From the NCBI GenBank assembly GCA_002269645.1, contig NIVC01001329.1:62001-126000 (forward strand): a DNA stretch of 64,000 nucleotides, written 5' to 3'. This DNA is from Macrostomum lignano (Eukaryota). Below are positions 12,452 through 24,200 of this stretch, in pieces. The notes under the pieces were generated by a model that saw only the letters and a list, made by a program, of their open reading frames with translations, made no database searches and was not told the origin of the DNA. Each line of letters opens with the position of its first letter. Position 1 is the stretch's first letter. The translations under genes were made by a program, and so were the position numbers.

Positions 12452-15210
12452 GGGTGTGTATAAAAGCTGGCACTGGCACATTGGACACATTGGACACCCC
12501 TTTTTATAACAAAATTAGATATGAAAATGCAGAATAAACTTGCGGAGATACTTTTAAATAATTTAAAAAATTGATAATAATAAAAATGACATCCTTGCTT
12601 TCGTGATAGATGATTTGTTAAATATTCTTTGTATTATCGTTTTTTGTACATGTTTAATTTGGCATTCGATTTTTTAAAATAATCGCACATGCAAAAACTG
12701 CAGCTTGCAATGCTATTACACTGTGATTTTACTACCCGAAGGTTCTGTACTACAGGCGTACCGATTTAATGCTAAATATGCCTGATATATGAAATGATCA
12801 AACTAATAGTCAGAACTCAATTTTCCATAAAATGATGAAGCATTCTGCTCTTATCAAAAAACCACAACTTATTTTGTTAGGATTACTTCATGAAGAACGA
12901 ACTTTGGATATTCCAAATTGCAAGTATTTCTATATTAAAAAAGTTAATACATTGGCAGATTATTTGATGAAAAAATTGCACCCAAAAAGTTTTTTTTACT
13001 TTGTAAGATGATGATTAAATTAATAATTTCCAAGCTTCTTCTTTTATTAGTTCAATTACTTTTTGTATGATTTCAACCAACAAAAAAAGGAATAGCTACT
13101 CAGTGAAAGTTCAAATTACAGTCTCTTCTTTATATACAATCCTTTTAAGAAAACATTATTATGAATAATTTGCCAAGTCATGATATTTAAGAAATTGTGC
13201 TAATCATTTAAATTATGAGTTAAAAAATGCAAGCATATAAGTAAAAAATCTACCTCACAGACCAAGAAGTCTTTTTACTGAAAGTTTATATGTGACGCTT
13301 TGAAAAAACAACATATAAACCATCTTCACATAACATTTATTGTCATTTATTTCAGACCTAAATCCTTTAGCACATAAATATTCTGCACGTATGTTGCAGG
13401 GTATACTTCCTTCTTCTAAAATCCTACAAATGCCACAAAGTTTTAATAGGCAAATTTATTCGTATTGTTTATATTAATATTTCTATATTTATGAGAAGTT
13501 TTCCAATAAGAACAAGTTCCCAATCAGTAAAACACTATATTTTAATTCTAATGTCCAAAATTATGGCATTCTAAGGGACCAAGTGATAGGTTTTAAGCTA
13601 CTATTAGCACCTGCATGATTTATTTATTTAATACCTACACATTCCTTAATGTCTATAGTTCGCCTAATTGCCTAATTGCTAACCCTAATTCTAGCCTTCT
13701 TGGCTTACAAGTTTGAGTCTTCACAGCATATTATTCAATTCAAGCCCTACTAATTTTATTAGCCTCTCTTAATTTTATAAAATAATAATTTTCTTTAGTG
13801 TAACTGCTCCAAAAATTTCAACTTTAATTTAAGTGGTGTGCCGAAACACCACTTGCACCATTACAGCCGTCTATAATTTTTTTGTGCTAATTGGTTGACC
13901 ACTTTCAATAATTTTCTTGGGTCAAGAGTGTGATATATGCATATTGCAGCATGAATTTTTTAAAGAATCCCTAATTTTATACAAGGAATCATATATATTT
14001 ATAGAAAGTTAGCTCTTAGAGTAGAGATAAAGTACATAAGACTATTAATAGCAACTTTTCATACAATTGCTTATGGTAATGATTTCTATTGTTATAAAGT
14101 TACAAATAAATAAAAAGTTACATTGCATTTAAACTGTACTTTATGAGTTGTAAGCCTTTCAACTCAGAGTGCACTTCAATTGCTTTAATATACATTGCTA
14201 GATGTTATTTAGCATTTCTTTGTTATTTATCATTTAACTCATTGCATTGTTTAATTGCTAATTTCATTTGCTCAGCTGCAATATTTATTACTTTTTTATT
14301 AATGCCAATGTTTGTAATACTTTTTCTCCCCATTTTTAGTGTTTGTGGTATTCTTTTGTCAAATTTTAATTTTCTGCTGTATCTATCTTTACAAAAAATT
14401 GTACCTGTAAACTTATGGTTTTTTGCTTACAATGGTACTGTACTAAATTATATTTATTTCCTTGTTAGATTCTCTAAATTGAAAAAGTAATGCACTGCTT
14501 TATTATCATGCATATTGAATATTAAGGATAGTTAGTATTCCTTCCTTGAAAAAGATTCTAGAGTTGGATTCTATTTGATAAGAGAATAAATAATTTATTG
14601 AGTTTAAATGTTTTTAAAACATTAATTAATTGCATTTTGATGGAAATCACAACTTAAAAAATTATTCGTTTTTTATTTAAGACACGGGGGATTTTAAAAA
14701 TCCATATTAACAGCAAATCAAACATTAACATTATGGGAGAGAGAGAGAGAGAAGGATTAGATTCACTTTCACCATTGCTGTTGATTTATGGAAAGGCAGT
14801 AAACAAGCCAGAGCAGCTGCAAATAGTCAAATATGCCATGTCCGGCAATAAAATTCTGCAACTAGTCTGCTGCTCACTTTTTCCAACGTTTATTGAGGAC
14901 AAGAAACGGCATTTAATGTTTCTATGTTTTCTGTAAGTGCACCAACTAGGTAAATGAAAATGACGTACCGAAAGTAGTTCGACAATAAAGCAAGATAAGA
15001 AATGAATTTAAATGTAGAATAAAACTTGTTGATACTACCAATCTCATGGTTGTTAGAAGTATATGAAAAAGTGCAATTATAAATAAATATTTACATTTTT
15101 ATTCGAAAGCCAAAGTATATTTATTCAAGCAAAACAACGATCAAAACTCGATTTTTGTTAACATAAGGGGTGTCCAATGTGCCAATGGTGCCCTGCTTTT
15201 ATACAGACCC
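12452..15210. mobile_element. Possible ~2.8-kb degenerate DNA transposon bounded by ~60-bp imperfect inverted repeats
   Basis: 12452-12514 GGGTGTGTATAAAAGCTGGCAC...CATTGGACACCCCTTTTTATAACAAAA versus the reverse complement of 15152-15210 GGGTCTGTATAAAAGCAGGGCACCATTGGCACATTGGACACCCCTTATGTTAACAAAAA. No intact ORF or TSD seen. Confidence 0.45.
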
Positions 15211-16400
15211 CTGAAAGTGGGCGTGTCGCAAAAAATGTTTAATAAATCAAAGAAAAGCATACTAAAATTATCTTCACAAAACTTAAATCTTAGATGAGTG
15301 CTGATTATAAAAAATTAAAAAACAAAAAGGTTATTTTTGTTTTTCTGTTTAAATCAATCCGAACCCGTCCGACTTTTTCAAGCGTGAATTTTGACTGAGC
15401 GAATCAATATCGTACCGTAGCGTATAAAGCATGAATAAAGACTCTAGAAAAGCATGAATAAGTTTGGTAATTGATTTTGATGATCTCTTAATTAGGCCAA
15501 AGTTAATTCATACATGGTAACTCTCAGATAGTTTTTGCGATGGTGATAAAAATTAATAAATAATTATATACCCAGATTTTTTGTCAGGAGCTAATTCGCG
15601 GATTTTCTATTATCACTACATCTGTCTGAAGAAAAGAAATGCTCAAATTTCCACGAGTGAGTTGCAGTATCACAGCGCACGATTTCACAGCATTATTTCC
15701 AGTGTATATTCACCATATTAGGGTTCGATCGTATATCCTGTTAGTACATGCACATTTCCTTGTTTAGGGGACGCCTACCAACAATTCAAAGGACTTTAAT
15801 TTATTATAGTACAATACTAACAGTTCTAACTCGCGCGGAATGGTTTGCGTGTCAGATCAAACGTTGGTATATAATTTATTTATGGGTATAAAACAGCCAT
15901 GAATTGTATTTTAAAGCACTCATGCAATTGTATTGCGATTAAAAACATAAACCAAAAGGAACAGGGCCAAAACAGCATAACTCACTATAATTGTATACCC
16001 TGAAATGGACCGCTTTAACAGTTAAAATTAGCGGTAAGATGTTCAAAAAGGAAAATTTAAAAGCTAGAAATTTTTAATATTTAGGATTAGCTGACCTCTA
16101 AAACAGATCAATATACAGCGCTCAGCGCATTCTTCAACGGCATTCAAAACTCGGATTTACCGGTCTTTTGTTATTACGAGTATTTAAATGTAATAACTAA
16201 AAATAGTCGATATCTAAAGAAAGTAATTAATTTTGAATGATCGTGTAGACAGCTTCTTAAAAATAGTTAGTAGAAGTGAACAGTCTTAGAAATTGTTTCA
16301 CAGAGAAATGTTCATGGATATTAGAGTTCCCTGGAAATACGAGCGTAGCATGTTATACATGTACTCTAATAAGCAAACCATTTCTAAGAAACCGTACGCC

Positions 16401-18294
16401 TCATATCGCCACCCGGCCGTGCGCAGACATAACCGAGTGTCCGGTGAGCGCCACCCGGCCACGGCCGGCGTCCACACGGAGCCGCAGCACCCCGCCCCGC
16501 CGGCTGCACTGCTTGGCCAGCATCTCGTCCCGGCCGCCGAGTTTGGCCCGCCAATAGGCCGCCAGAACCGTGTGAGCAGCCCCGGTCACCGGGTCCTCCG
16601 GGATACCGACCCAGGGAGCGAAGTAGCGCGACAGAAAGTCGAATTCTCCGCTGTCTGGCGAAATATTTTGGGAGTTGCTGTTTGGTTTGTAAAAGACGGC
16701 ACTGCACGTGTGACTGATGCTATGAACCAATATTAGCAAAACTATGAGCAACACTTTGACTGACCCCATGACCGACACTATGACCGACACTATGAGCAAC
16801 ACTATGACCGACACTATGAGCAACACTATGACCGACACCATAAGCAACACTATGACCGAAACTATGAGCAACACTATGACCGGCACTATAACCGCCCTAT
16901 GCGCAACACTGTCAGTCCCTCAAAAGGATCATTCACCATCTCCATCCCGCTCTCGAAACCCCTCGCCGCTGACGGTGACAATCACCCGCGAATCCGCTGC
17001 CCTGTTGGCGCCGCGGCCACCATGGCGGCAGTGTCGGGCCGGAGCCGCAGAAACTGGTCACGCGCCTCGGGTTTCAGTTCAATGAGCAGCTTCTGCCGGT
17101 CAGGCGAATGGGCCAGGCTCAGGACGGAGTTGACTCCGAGTTCGTCGCCGAGAGCAGACTCCAGCAGTGCGGCCGAAGCGTCTCGATCGCCCATCGCGAT
17201 TGGCTCCACGGTGCCCAGCGGGAAGTCCAGGCTCCACTGCCCTGTGGCGGCGTCTCTGCCACATATTTTTTCGGGGGGAGGGGGGTAGCCGGATAGGAAT
17301 GACTCGAAATGACACGGTGCGTACATTGCTGTCCTGGCTTTTTTCAGAAATTACAAGCCTGAACTTTGGGATTTGAACATCCGCATACGTGAAGAGTGCG
17401 GTGCGGCGATGGCCAGACCGAAGCGTTGAGCGGAGAGTGGAGGGAAGAGTGAATGGCCGAGTGAAGGGCAGAGCGAAGAGTAGAGTGGAGGGTATAGCCG
17501 AGGGTAGAGTGGAGGGTAGAGTGGAGGGTAGAGTGGAGGGTAGAGAGGAAGGAGAGTGGAAGGAGAGTGGAAGGTAGAGTGGAGGTAGAGTGAAGGGAGA
17601 GTGGGGAGAGTGGAGGGAGAGCGGAGGGTAGAGTGGAGGGCAGAGTGGAGGGCAGAGTGGAGGGCAGAGTGGAGGGTAGAGTGGAGGGCAGAGTGGAGGG
17701 CAGAGTGGAGGGTAGAGTGGAGGGAGAATGGAGGGCAGAGTGGAGGGTAAAGTGGAGGGAGAGCGGAGGGTAGAATGGAGGTTAGAATGGAGGGTAGAGT
17801 GGAGGGTAGAATGGAGGGTAGAGCGGAGGGAGAATGGAGGGCAGAGTGGAGGGTAAAGTGGAGGGAGAGCGGAGAGCATAGCGAAAGACAGACCAACACC
17901 GCACGACAACAAGCTGGCCCCAGCACCTGGTCACTGGCAGCAGGCCGCTCATAGTGTCGAACTCGAGTCGGTCGCAGTCGCGGCCGCTGGCCCGCAGGTG
18001 CAGGTGCACGGCGGTGGCCGCGGCCAGGGTGGCGTGGCCGCACAGCGCCACTTCGCACTCCGGAGTGAACCAGCGCAGCGGGACGGGCCGGTCGGGGGCA
18101 GCGGAGCCGGAGGCAAGGAAGACGAAGGCGGTCTCAGACAGGTTGAACTCAGCGGCAACGGACTGCATGTCGGAGTCGCTGAGCAGCGGCTCAGGCGTCA
18201 GGAGCACCACAGCCGCGGGGTTCCCCCGTCGGAGGCGCTTCGTGAAAGCGTCCACGATGTAGAACGGGTAGTCAGCGGCTGGCTGAGTTGCCAT
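16401..18294 (-). CDS. PBLD: Phenazine biosynthesis PhzF-like (PBLD/MAWBP) isomerase, 3 exons, ~313 aa; apparent 1-nt frameshift in exon 2
   Basis: Exons 18294-17927, 17255-16937, 16654-16401 (941 nt, one short of a multiple of 3). Motifs YIVDAFT...[64 protein letters not shown]. Confidence 0.92.
16740..16890. repeat. 12-bp repeat (ACTATGACCGAC/ACTATGAGCAAC), PBLD intron 2
   Basis: Direct reading. Confidence 0.9.
17420..17880. repeat. 12-bp purine-rich repeat (GAGTGGAGGGTA), PBLD intron 1
   Basis: Direct reading. Confidence 0.92.
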
Positions 18295-18399
18295 GGTTAC
18301 GGGCAGAAATGCGCAGCAGAATCCATGCAGCAGCTGAGCATAGTAAGAGCCTTGTGACGAAATCCGCTTTAATCGATAAGCATGTTTTGTTTCACTGAT

Positions 18400-18970
18400 T
18401 TATGATAGCGAGGCTGGTTAAGTGGCTCAAATCACTCTCACCCTTGGTATAACGAGGTCGATTAAAGCGGCTCTAATTACTCCCTCACCTCCATGAGAGT
18501 GAGGCAGTTTAGTTGGCTGTAATTACACTCACCTGGTTAAGTGGCTCCAATCACTCTCACCTTTTAAGATAATGAGGCTGGTAAAGTGACTCTAATTACT
18601 CTCTCACCTTTATGATATTGGGCTGGTAAAGTGGCTCTAATTACTCTCTCACCTTTATGATAGTGAGGCTGGTAAAGTGGCTCTAATTACTCTCTCACCT
18701 TTATGATAGTGAGGCTGGTAAAGTGGCTCTAATTACTCTCTCACCTTTATGATAGTGGGCTGGTAAAGTGGCTCTAATTACTCTCTCACCTTATGATAGT
18801 GAGGCTGGTAAAGTGGCTCTAATTATTCTCTCACCTTTATGATAGTGAGGCTGGTAAAGTGGCTCTAATTACTCTCTCACCTTTATGATAGTGAGGCTGG
18901 TAAAGTGGCTCTAATTACTCTCTCACCTTTATGATAGTGGGCTGGTAAAGTGGCTCTAATTACTCTCTCA
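18400..18970. repeat. 46-bp minisatellite upstream of PBLD
   Basis: Unit TAGTGAGGCTGGTAAAGTGGCTCTAATTACTCTCTCACCTTTATGA. Confidence 0.93.
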
Positions 18971-20499
18971 GCGGTAAGATAATAAAGCGACTTCTAAAGC
19001 TCCGTTGGGGGCGTAATTTATGACAAGGATTTACTGATAAACGATGGCTAAGCTCAATAAGAAGTGCTCATTTGAACGAAGTGAATCACAATTACTCTTA
19101 TAATTAGCCTAAAAGTACATTTGATAAACACCAGCACTTGATAGACAAAGAACGATAAGTCAATTGAAGTCAGTCTGGTAGCAGGAATTTCATTTTTATA
19201 ATCATAATGATTGAAGCTTAAAGCGTTGCTATATTTTATCGTAACTCAGAGGGCTTCAGCAGACAGACAGACAGACAGACAGACAGAGTAAGTCTATAAA
19301 ATTACTTTTGTGACCAATATGGGTGGACAAAACATTCTAAACATTGGTGAATAAAAACTTGACTGACAAAAGTTGTAAACTTATTGCACTATTTGGGTAA
19401 AAATCTTAATAAATGATGGCATGCACGATAAAAATGTCTAATTAAAACAATCAATTTTCAAAGGTAAAGCTACAACTTCACTAGAATGAAAATTTAATCA
19501 ACAGAAAAAATTGAAAAACACAAAAACAATATTTATTGCACTTTTATTTAAAAATCGAGGAAATCAAATCGTTTTGTTTTCATTTCTAAATGAAATTTTA
19601 TCGTCGCTACTAACAGTAGCATTTCGAGAATCAAGCAGAGTTAATTGGAATTCTAGGAAAGTATAAACTACATAAGTACAATACAAGTATTCTATGCATG
19701 GTATATGCGGTGTAGAGTACATCACCAGCAGATTTGGGCACAAGGCTTCAGATAAAACACACCGAGACAGACGAAGCAAGCCAAAGCTTTCTAGGAAATT
19801 TCCTAAATCGTTTTTCCGGATTTTATATATTTAAACAAACAGAACAGCACAAAATTTTATTAATTTTTATGCATTTTACAACTTTCAAAGTAAAGTAGAC
19901 GCAAGCGCACAATTGTGCTACTAACAGTAGGAGGCTAAAATTCGTTTGAGTGGTTAACTAGAAAAAATTGCTGTTTCATAGAAATTACAGTCGAAGGCAA
20001 GGAGGAAAACACGAGAGGTCTCACTTGGATGTTCGTTGCTATCATCATTGAAAAAGAGGATGTATATGCATATACTACTAATATAATTAATATGGCAAAG
20101 TAGCTAAGAAAGCAAAATTTTTAAATTTATATTTTTTCTGCACTATTCTGAGATTCGGAATATCCACAGCGGTTGCTCAGGGTTCGGACAGCAGTCTAGA
20201 CGAAACAAACACACAAAGCAGAGGAGATGTAAATAAAAATCTACAGTCGTATTGAACAATATTGCAATGGAAAAAAATGAAGGTCGAAAATCCTCAAAGC
20301 GTATTTACCTTCACTGAATCAGAAAATCTGCTCGGCAAACACCTGTCAGACTAAAACAATCACATTAAACGGCTTCAAAACCAAAAAACCTAGCGTTGGT
20401 TGCAATTTTTTGTTGATGCTTGCGAAATTAAAAAGGATGGATCACGTGACCTGTTAGTGAAACACTAAAAACAATGGGCCACTGGACAATATCTTTACA

Positions 20500-21150
20500 A
20501 CGACCTTGTAGGAACTCCTTAGATAACGCAGTCAAAATAACCTTGGGGGGACCTTCGATCGTCCTGAGGGTAACTCCCGAGACCATGCAACAAAATGACC
20601 TTGGGGAAATCCCGAGATCACGCAGTCAAAACGACATTGAAAGAACTCCCAAGACTATGCAGGCAAAACGACCTTGAGGGAACTCCCGTGACCATATAGT
20701 CTAAATGACCTTGGGGAACTCGCGCAGTCAAAACAACCTTGAGAGAACTCCCGAGACTATGCAGTCAAAATGACCTTAGAGAACTCCCTAGACTATGAAG
20801 TCCAAAACGACCTTGAGTGAACTCCTGAGACTATGAAGTCCAAAACGACCTTTAGGGAACTCCTGAGACTATGAAGTCCAAAACGACCTTGAGGGAACTC
20901 CCTAGACTATGAAGTCCAAAACGACCTTGAGGGAACTCCTGAGACTATGAAGTCCAAAACGGCATTGAGGAGACTCTTGAGACTATGCAGTCAAAACGAA
21001 GTTGAGAGAAATCCCAAGACTACGAGCGTAAGCAGACAAAACAACCTAAATGGAATTTCCGAGACTATGCAGTCAAAACGACCTTGGGGAACTCCCGTGA
21101 CCATATAGGCTAAATGACCTTAGGGAAAATCCAGTCAAAATAACCTTAAG
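20500..21150. repeat. ~38-bp degenerate minisatellite downstream of EML
   Basis: Unit ACTCCTGAGACTATGAAGTCCAAAACGACCTTTAGGGA. Confidence 0.88.
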
Positions 21151-21227
21151 GAACCTCTTGTTTATGCAATCTTGACAGCAATAAAAGTCGCGGAACATGC
21201 TCAAAACGCCATCCATGCAGACAGTTT

Positions 21228-24200
21228 TCACAGAATCTCCCACTGCAACACCGCGGAGTCGCGCCCGCCAGCGGACAGCAGCCTGGAGTCGTCGCGCAGG
21301 AAGCGCACATTAGCCACGTGACTCGAATGGCCGCCGTAGGCGTGGCTTCGCGACTTGGCCTGATAGCAGGGATGCCTGAACAGACAAACCTGGCCGAAGT
21401 CGTCTCCGCTGGCTAGCAGGCTGTGGCCGGAGTTCCGATCGCACGCGTTGACATCGGTGCCGTCGGCTCCCTCCGGCCAGATGCCGGCAGTGTGGAAGGT
21501 CAGGGTGCAGCGCTGGGTAGCCCAGGCCACGTCGCGCAGGGTGGCCGCCGCGGGCACCTGGCGGCAGTTGGCGGCGGTCCAGAACAGCAGCTCGTGGTCG
21601 CCGGAGTTCGAGCGCAGGCTGGTACCATCGACCGACCAGTCCAGGTGGGTAACGAATGACGAATGGCCGCAGCATTTGCCAACACGGGAGTACTTGCGGC
21701 CGGCCTCGGAGCAGGAGTACACGTACAGGTAGTTGTCGCGGGAGCCCAGGGCGAGCATGGAGCCGTCTGGCGAGGCGGTGGGGGCAGTAGATAAGCGCCA
21801 ATTGAAGCAGGAATAGGGGGTAGATAAGCGCCAATTAAATCAGCAGGAATAGGGGGTAGATAAGCGCCAATTGAAGCAGTAACAGGGGCAGATAAGCGCC
21901 AATTAAATAATCAGGAATAGGGGGTAGATAAGCGCCAATTGAAGCAGGAATAGGGGTAGATAAGCGCCAATTAAGTCAGCAGGGATAGGGGTAGATAAGC
22001 GTCAATTAAAGCAGCAGGAATAGGGGTAGATAAGCGCCAATTAAATCAGCAGGAATAGGGGTTAGATAAGCGCCAATTAAATCAGCAAAAATAGGGGGGT
22101 AGATAAGCGCCAATTAAATCAGCAGGAATAGGGGGTAGATAAGCGCCAATTAAATCAGCAGGAATAGGGGGTAGATAAGCGCCAATTAAATCAGCAAAAA
22201 TAGGGGGTAGATAAGCGCCAATTAAGTCTGCAGGAATAGGGGGGTAGATAAGCGCCAATCAAATCAGCAGGAATAGGGGGTAGATAAGCGCCAATTAAGT
22301 CTGCAGGAATAGGGGGGTAGATAAGCGCCAATCAAATCAGCAGGAATAGGGGGTAGATAAGCGCCAATTAAGTCAGCAGGAATAGGGGGTAGATAAGCGC
22401 CAATTAAGTCAGCAGGAATAGGGGGTAGATAAGCGCCAATTAAGTCAGCAGGAATAGGGGGTAGATAAGCGCCAATTAAATCAGCAGGAATAGGGGGTAG
22501 ATAAGCGCCAATTAAGTCAGCAGGAATAGGGGGTAGATAAGCGCCAATCAAATCAGCAGGAATAGGGGGGTAGATAAGCGCCAATTAAATCAGCAGGAAT
22601 AGGGGGGTAGATAAGCGCCAATCAAATCAGCAGGAATAGGGGGGTAGATAAGCGATAATTAAAGCAGGAATAGGGGGTAGATAAGCGTAATTATCATCAG
22701 CAACACTCACCGGGCGAGAACTCCATGCACTCAATCTGCTCATTGCCGTCAGTGTGCACAGCCACAATGTCGCGCCGCTGCGCATCCAGCACGTACCAGC
22801 GGCCGGTCTGGCAGCCCACAGCCAGAGTCTCGCCGCTGGGATGAAAGCAGGCACAATGGGCCGGGTCGTTAAGCTCTTTGCTCCACACAACCTGATGGGT
22901 GAGCGCGTCCCACAGGTAGATCCATTTGTCATAGGCGCAGGTGGCGAACTGCAGCTGGCTGGGGTGGCAGGCCAGGCCCCACAGCTCCTCGACGTGGCCC
23001 TCCACAATGGGAGAGAAGTCCAGGTTGAAGGAGCCCTGCAAGGCGATCGATCGCAACCCTTAGCAATAGGATGCTTTAATTCAGAAATAAAAGTGTCCAT
23101 GTTCACCAACACCATCCTGTTCACCAACACCATCCTGTTCACCAACACCATCCTGTTCACCAACACCATCCTGTTCACCAACACCATCCTGTTCACCAAC
23201 ATCATCCTGTTCACCAACATCATCCTATTCACCAACACCATCCTATTCACCAACACCATCCTGTTCACCAACACTATCCTGTTCACCAACACCATCCTGT
23301 TCACCAACACTATCCTGTTCACCAACACTATCCTGTTCACCAACACTATCCTGTTCACCAACACCATCCTGTTCACCAACACCATCCTGTTCACCAACAT
23401 CATCCTGTTCACGAACACCATCCTGTTCACCAACACCATCCTGTTCACCAACATCATTCCGTTCACCAACACCATCCTATTCACCAACACCATCTTATTC
23501 ACCAACACCATCCCGTTTACCAACATCATCCTGTTTCTAACACACCATTATGAGCATGTAAATCCATTGTGTAAACTCCTAGCAGAACTCACCTGCAGAA
23601 TGCAATTCCTAGTGGTGCCAACCAGTACAACACTGCCGGGCCCCTGTGACAGAGTCCTGATTGGTCCGTACTGCTCGGGGATGGCAGCCTCCGAGCCAGT
23701 TCGGTTGTAAGTGGCGTCCCACTGCACCAGGCGGCGGTCCTTGCCGCCCGACACCAGGTTGTCGTCCTTTAGCACGCACAGGCTAAAAATTCCGCCCTCG
23801 TGAGCGCCAGTGACAGCCTGGCTGATTCTGTTCCCGCCCCGGGCCCAGACCAGGATGTTGCCGTTGGAGTCGCCCGTGATCAAGTCGCCATTTTGTGCGA
23901 ATGTTAAGCAGAGAACAAATTTTGGCTTCTCGTGCTTCTGCGCGAAATATTGGTTATTAAAGCAGTTATCAATTTATTCTCGCTCGAGTCATAACTGTTT
24001 CTATTGGCTAGGAACTCGACCTTACCTAGAACTGTTCCTATTGGCTGAGAAATCATCCCTGGGCTAGAACTGTTCCTATTGGCTGAGAAGTCGACCTTCA
24101 GCTAGAACTGTTCTTATTGGCTGAGAAATTGACCTTGAGTTAGAGCTGTTCGTATTGGCTGAGAAGTCGACCTTCAGCTAAAACTGTTCCTATTGGCTGA

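Noticed and set aside
3643-16987. Programmed frameshifting or G-insertion editing as the cause of the two missing Gs
   Set aside because: No slippery heptamer or downstream structure is evident, and homopolymer assembly error is far simpler.
16293-18294. PhzF-like gene as a bacterial horizontal transfer
   Set aside because: PBLD/MAWBP homologs are widespread in animals, and this copy has ordinary spliceosomal introns.
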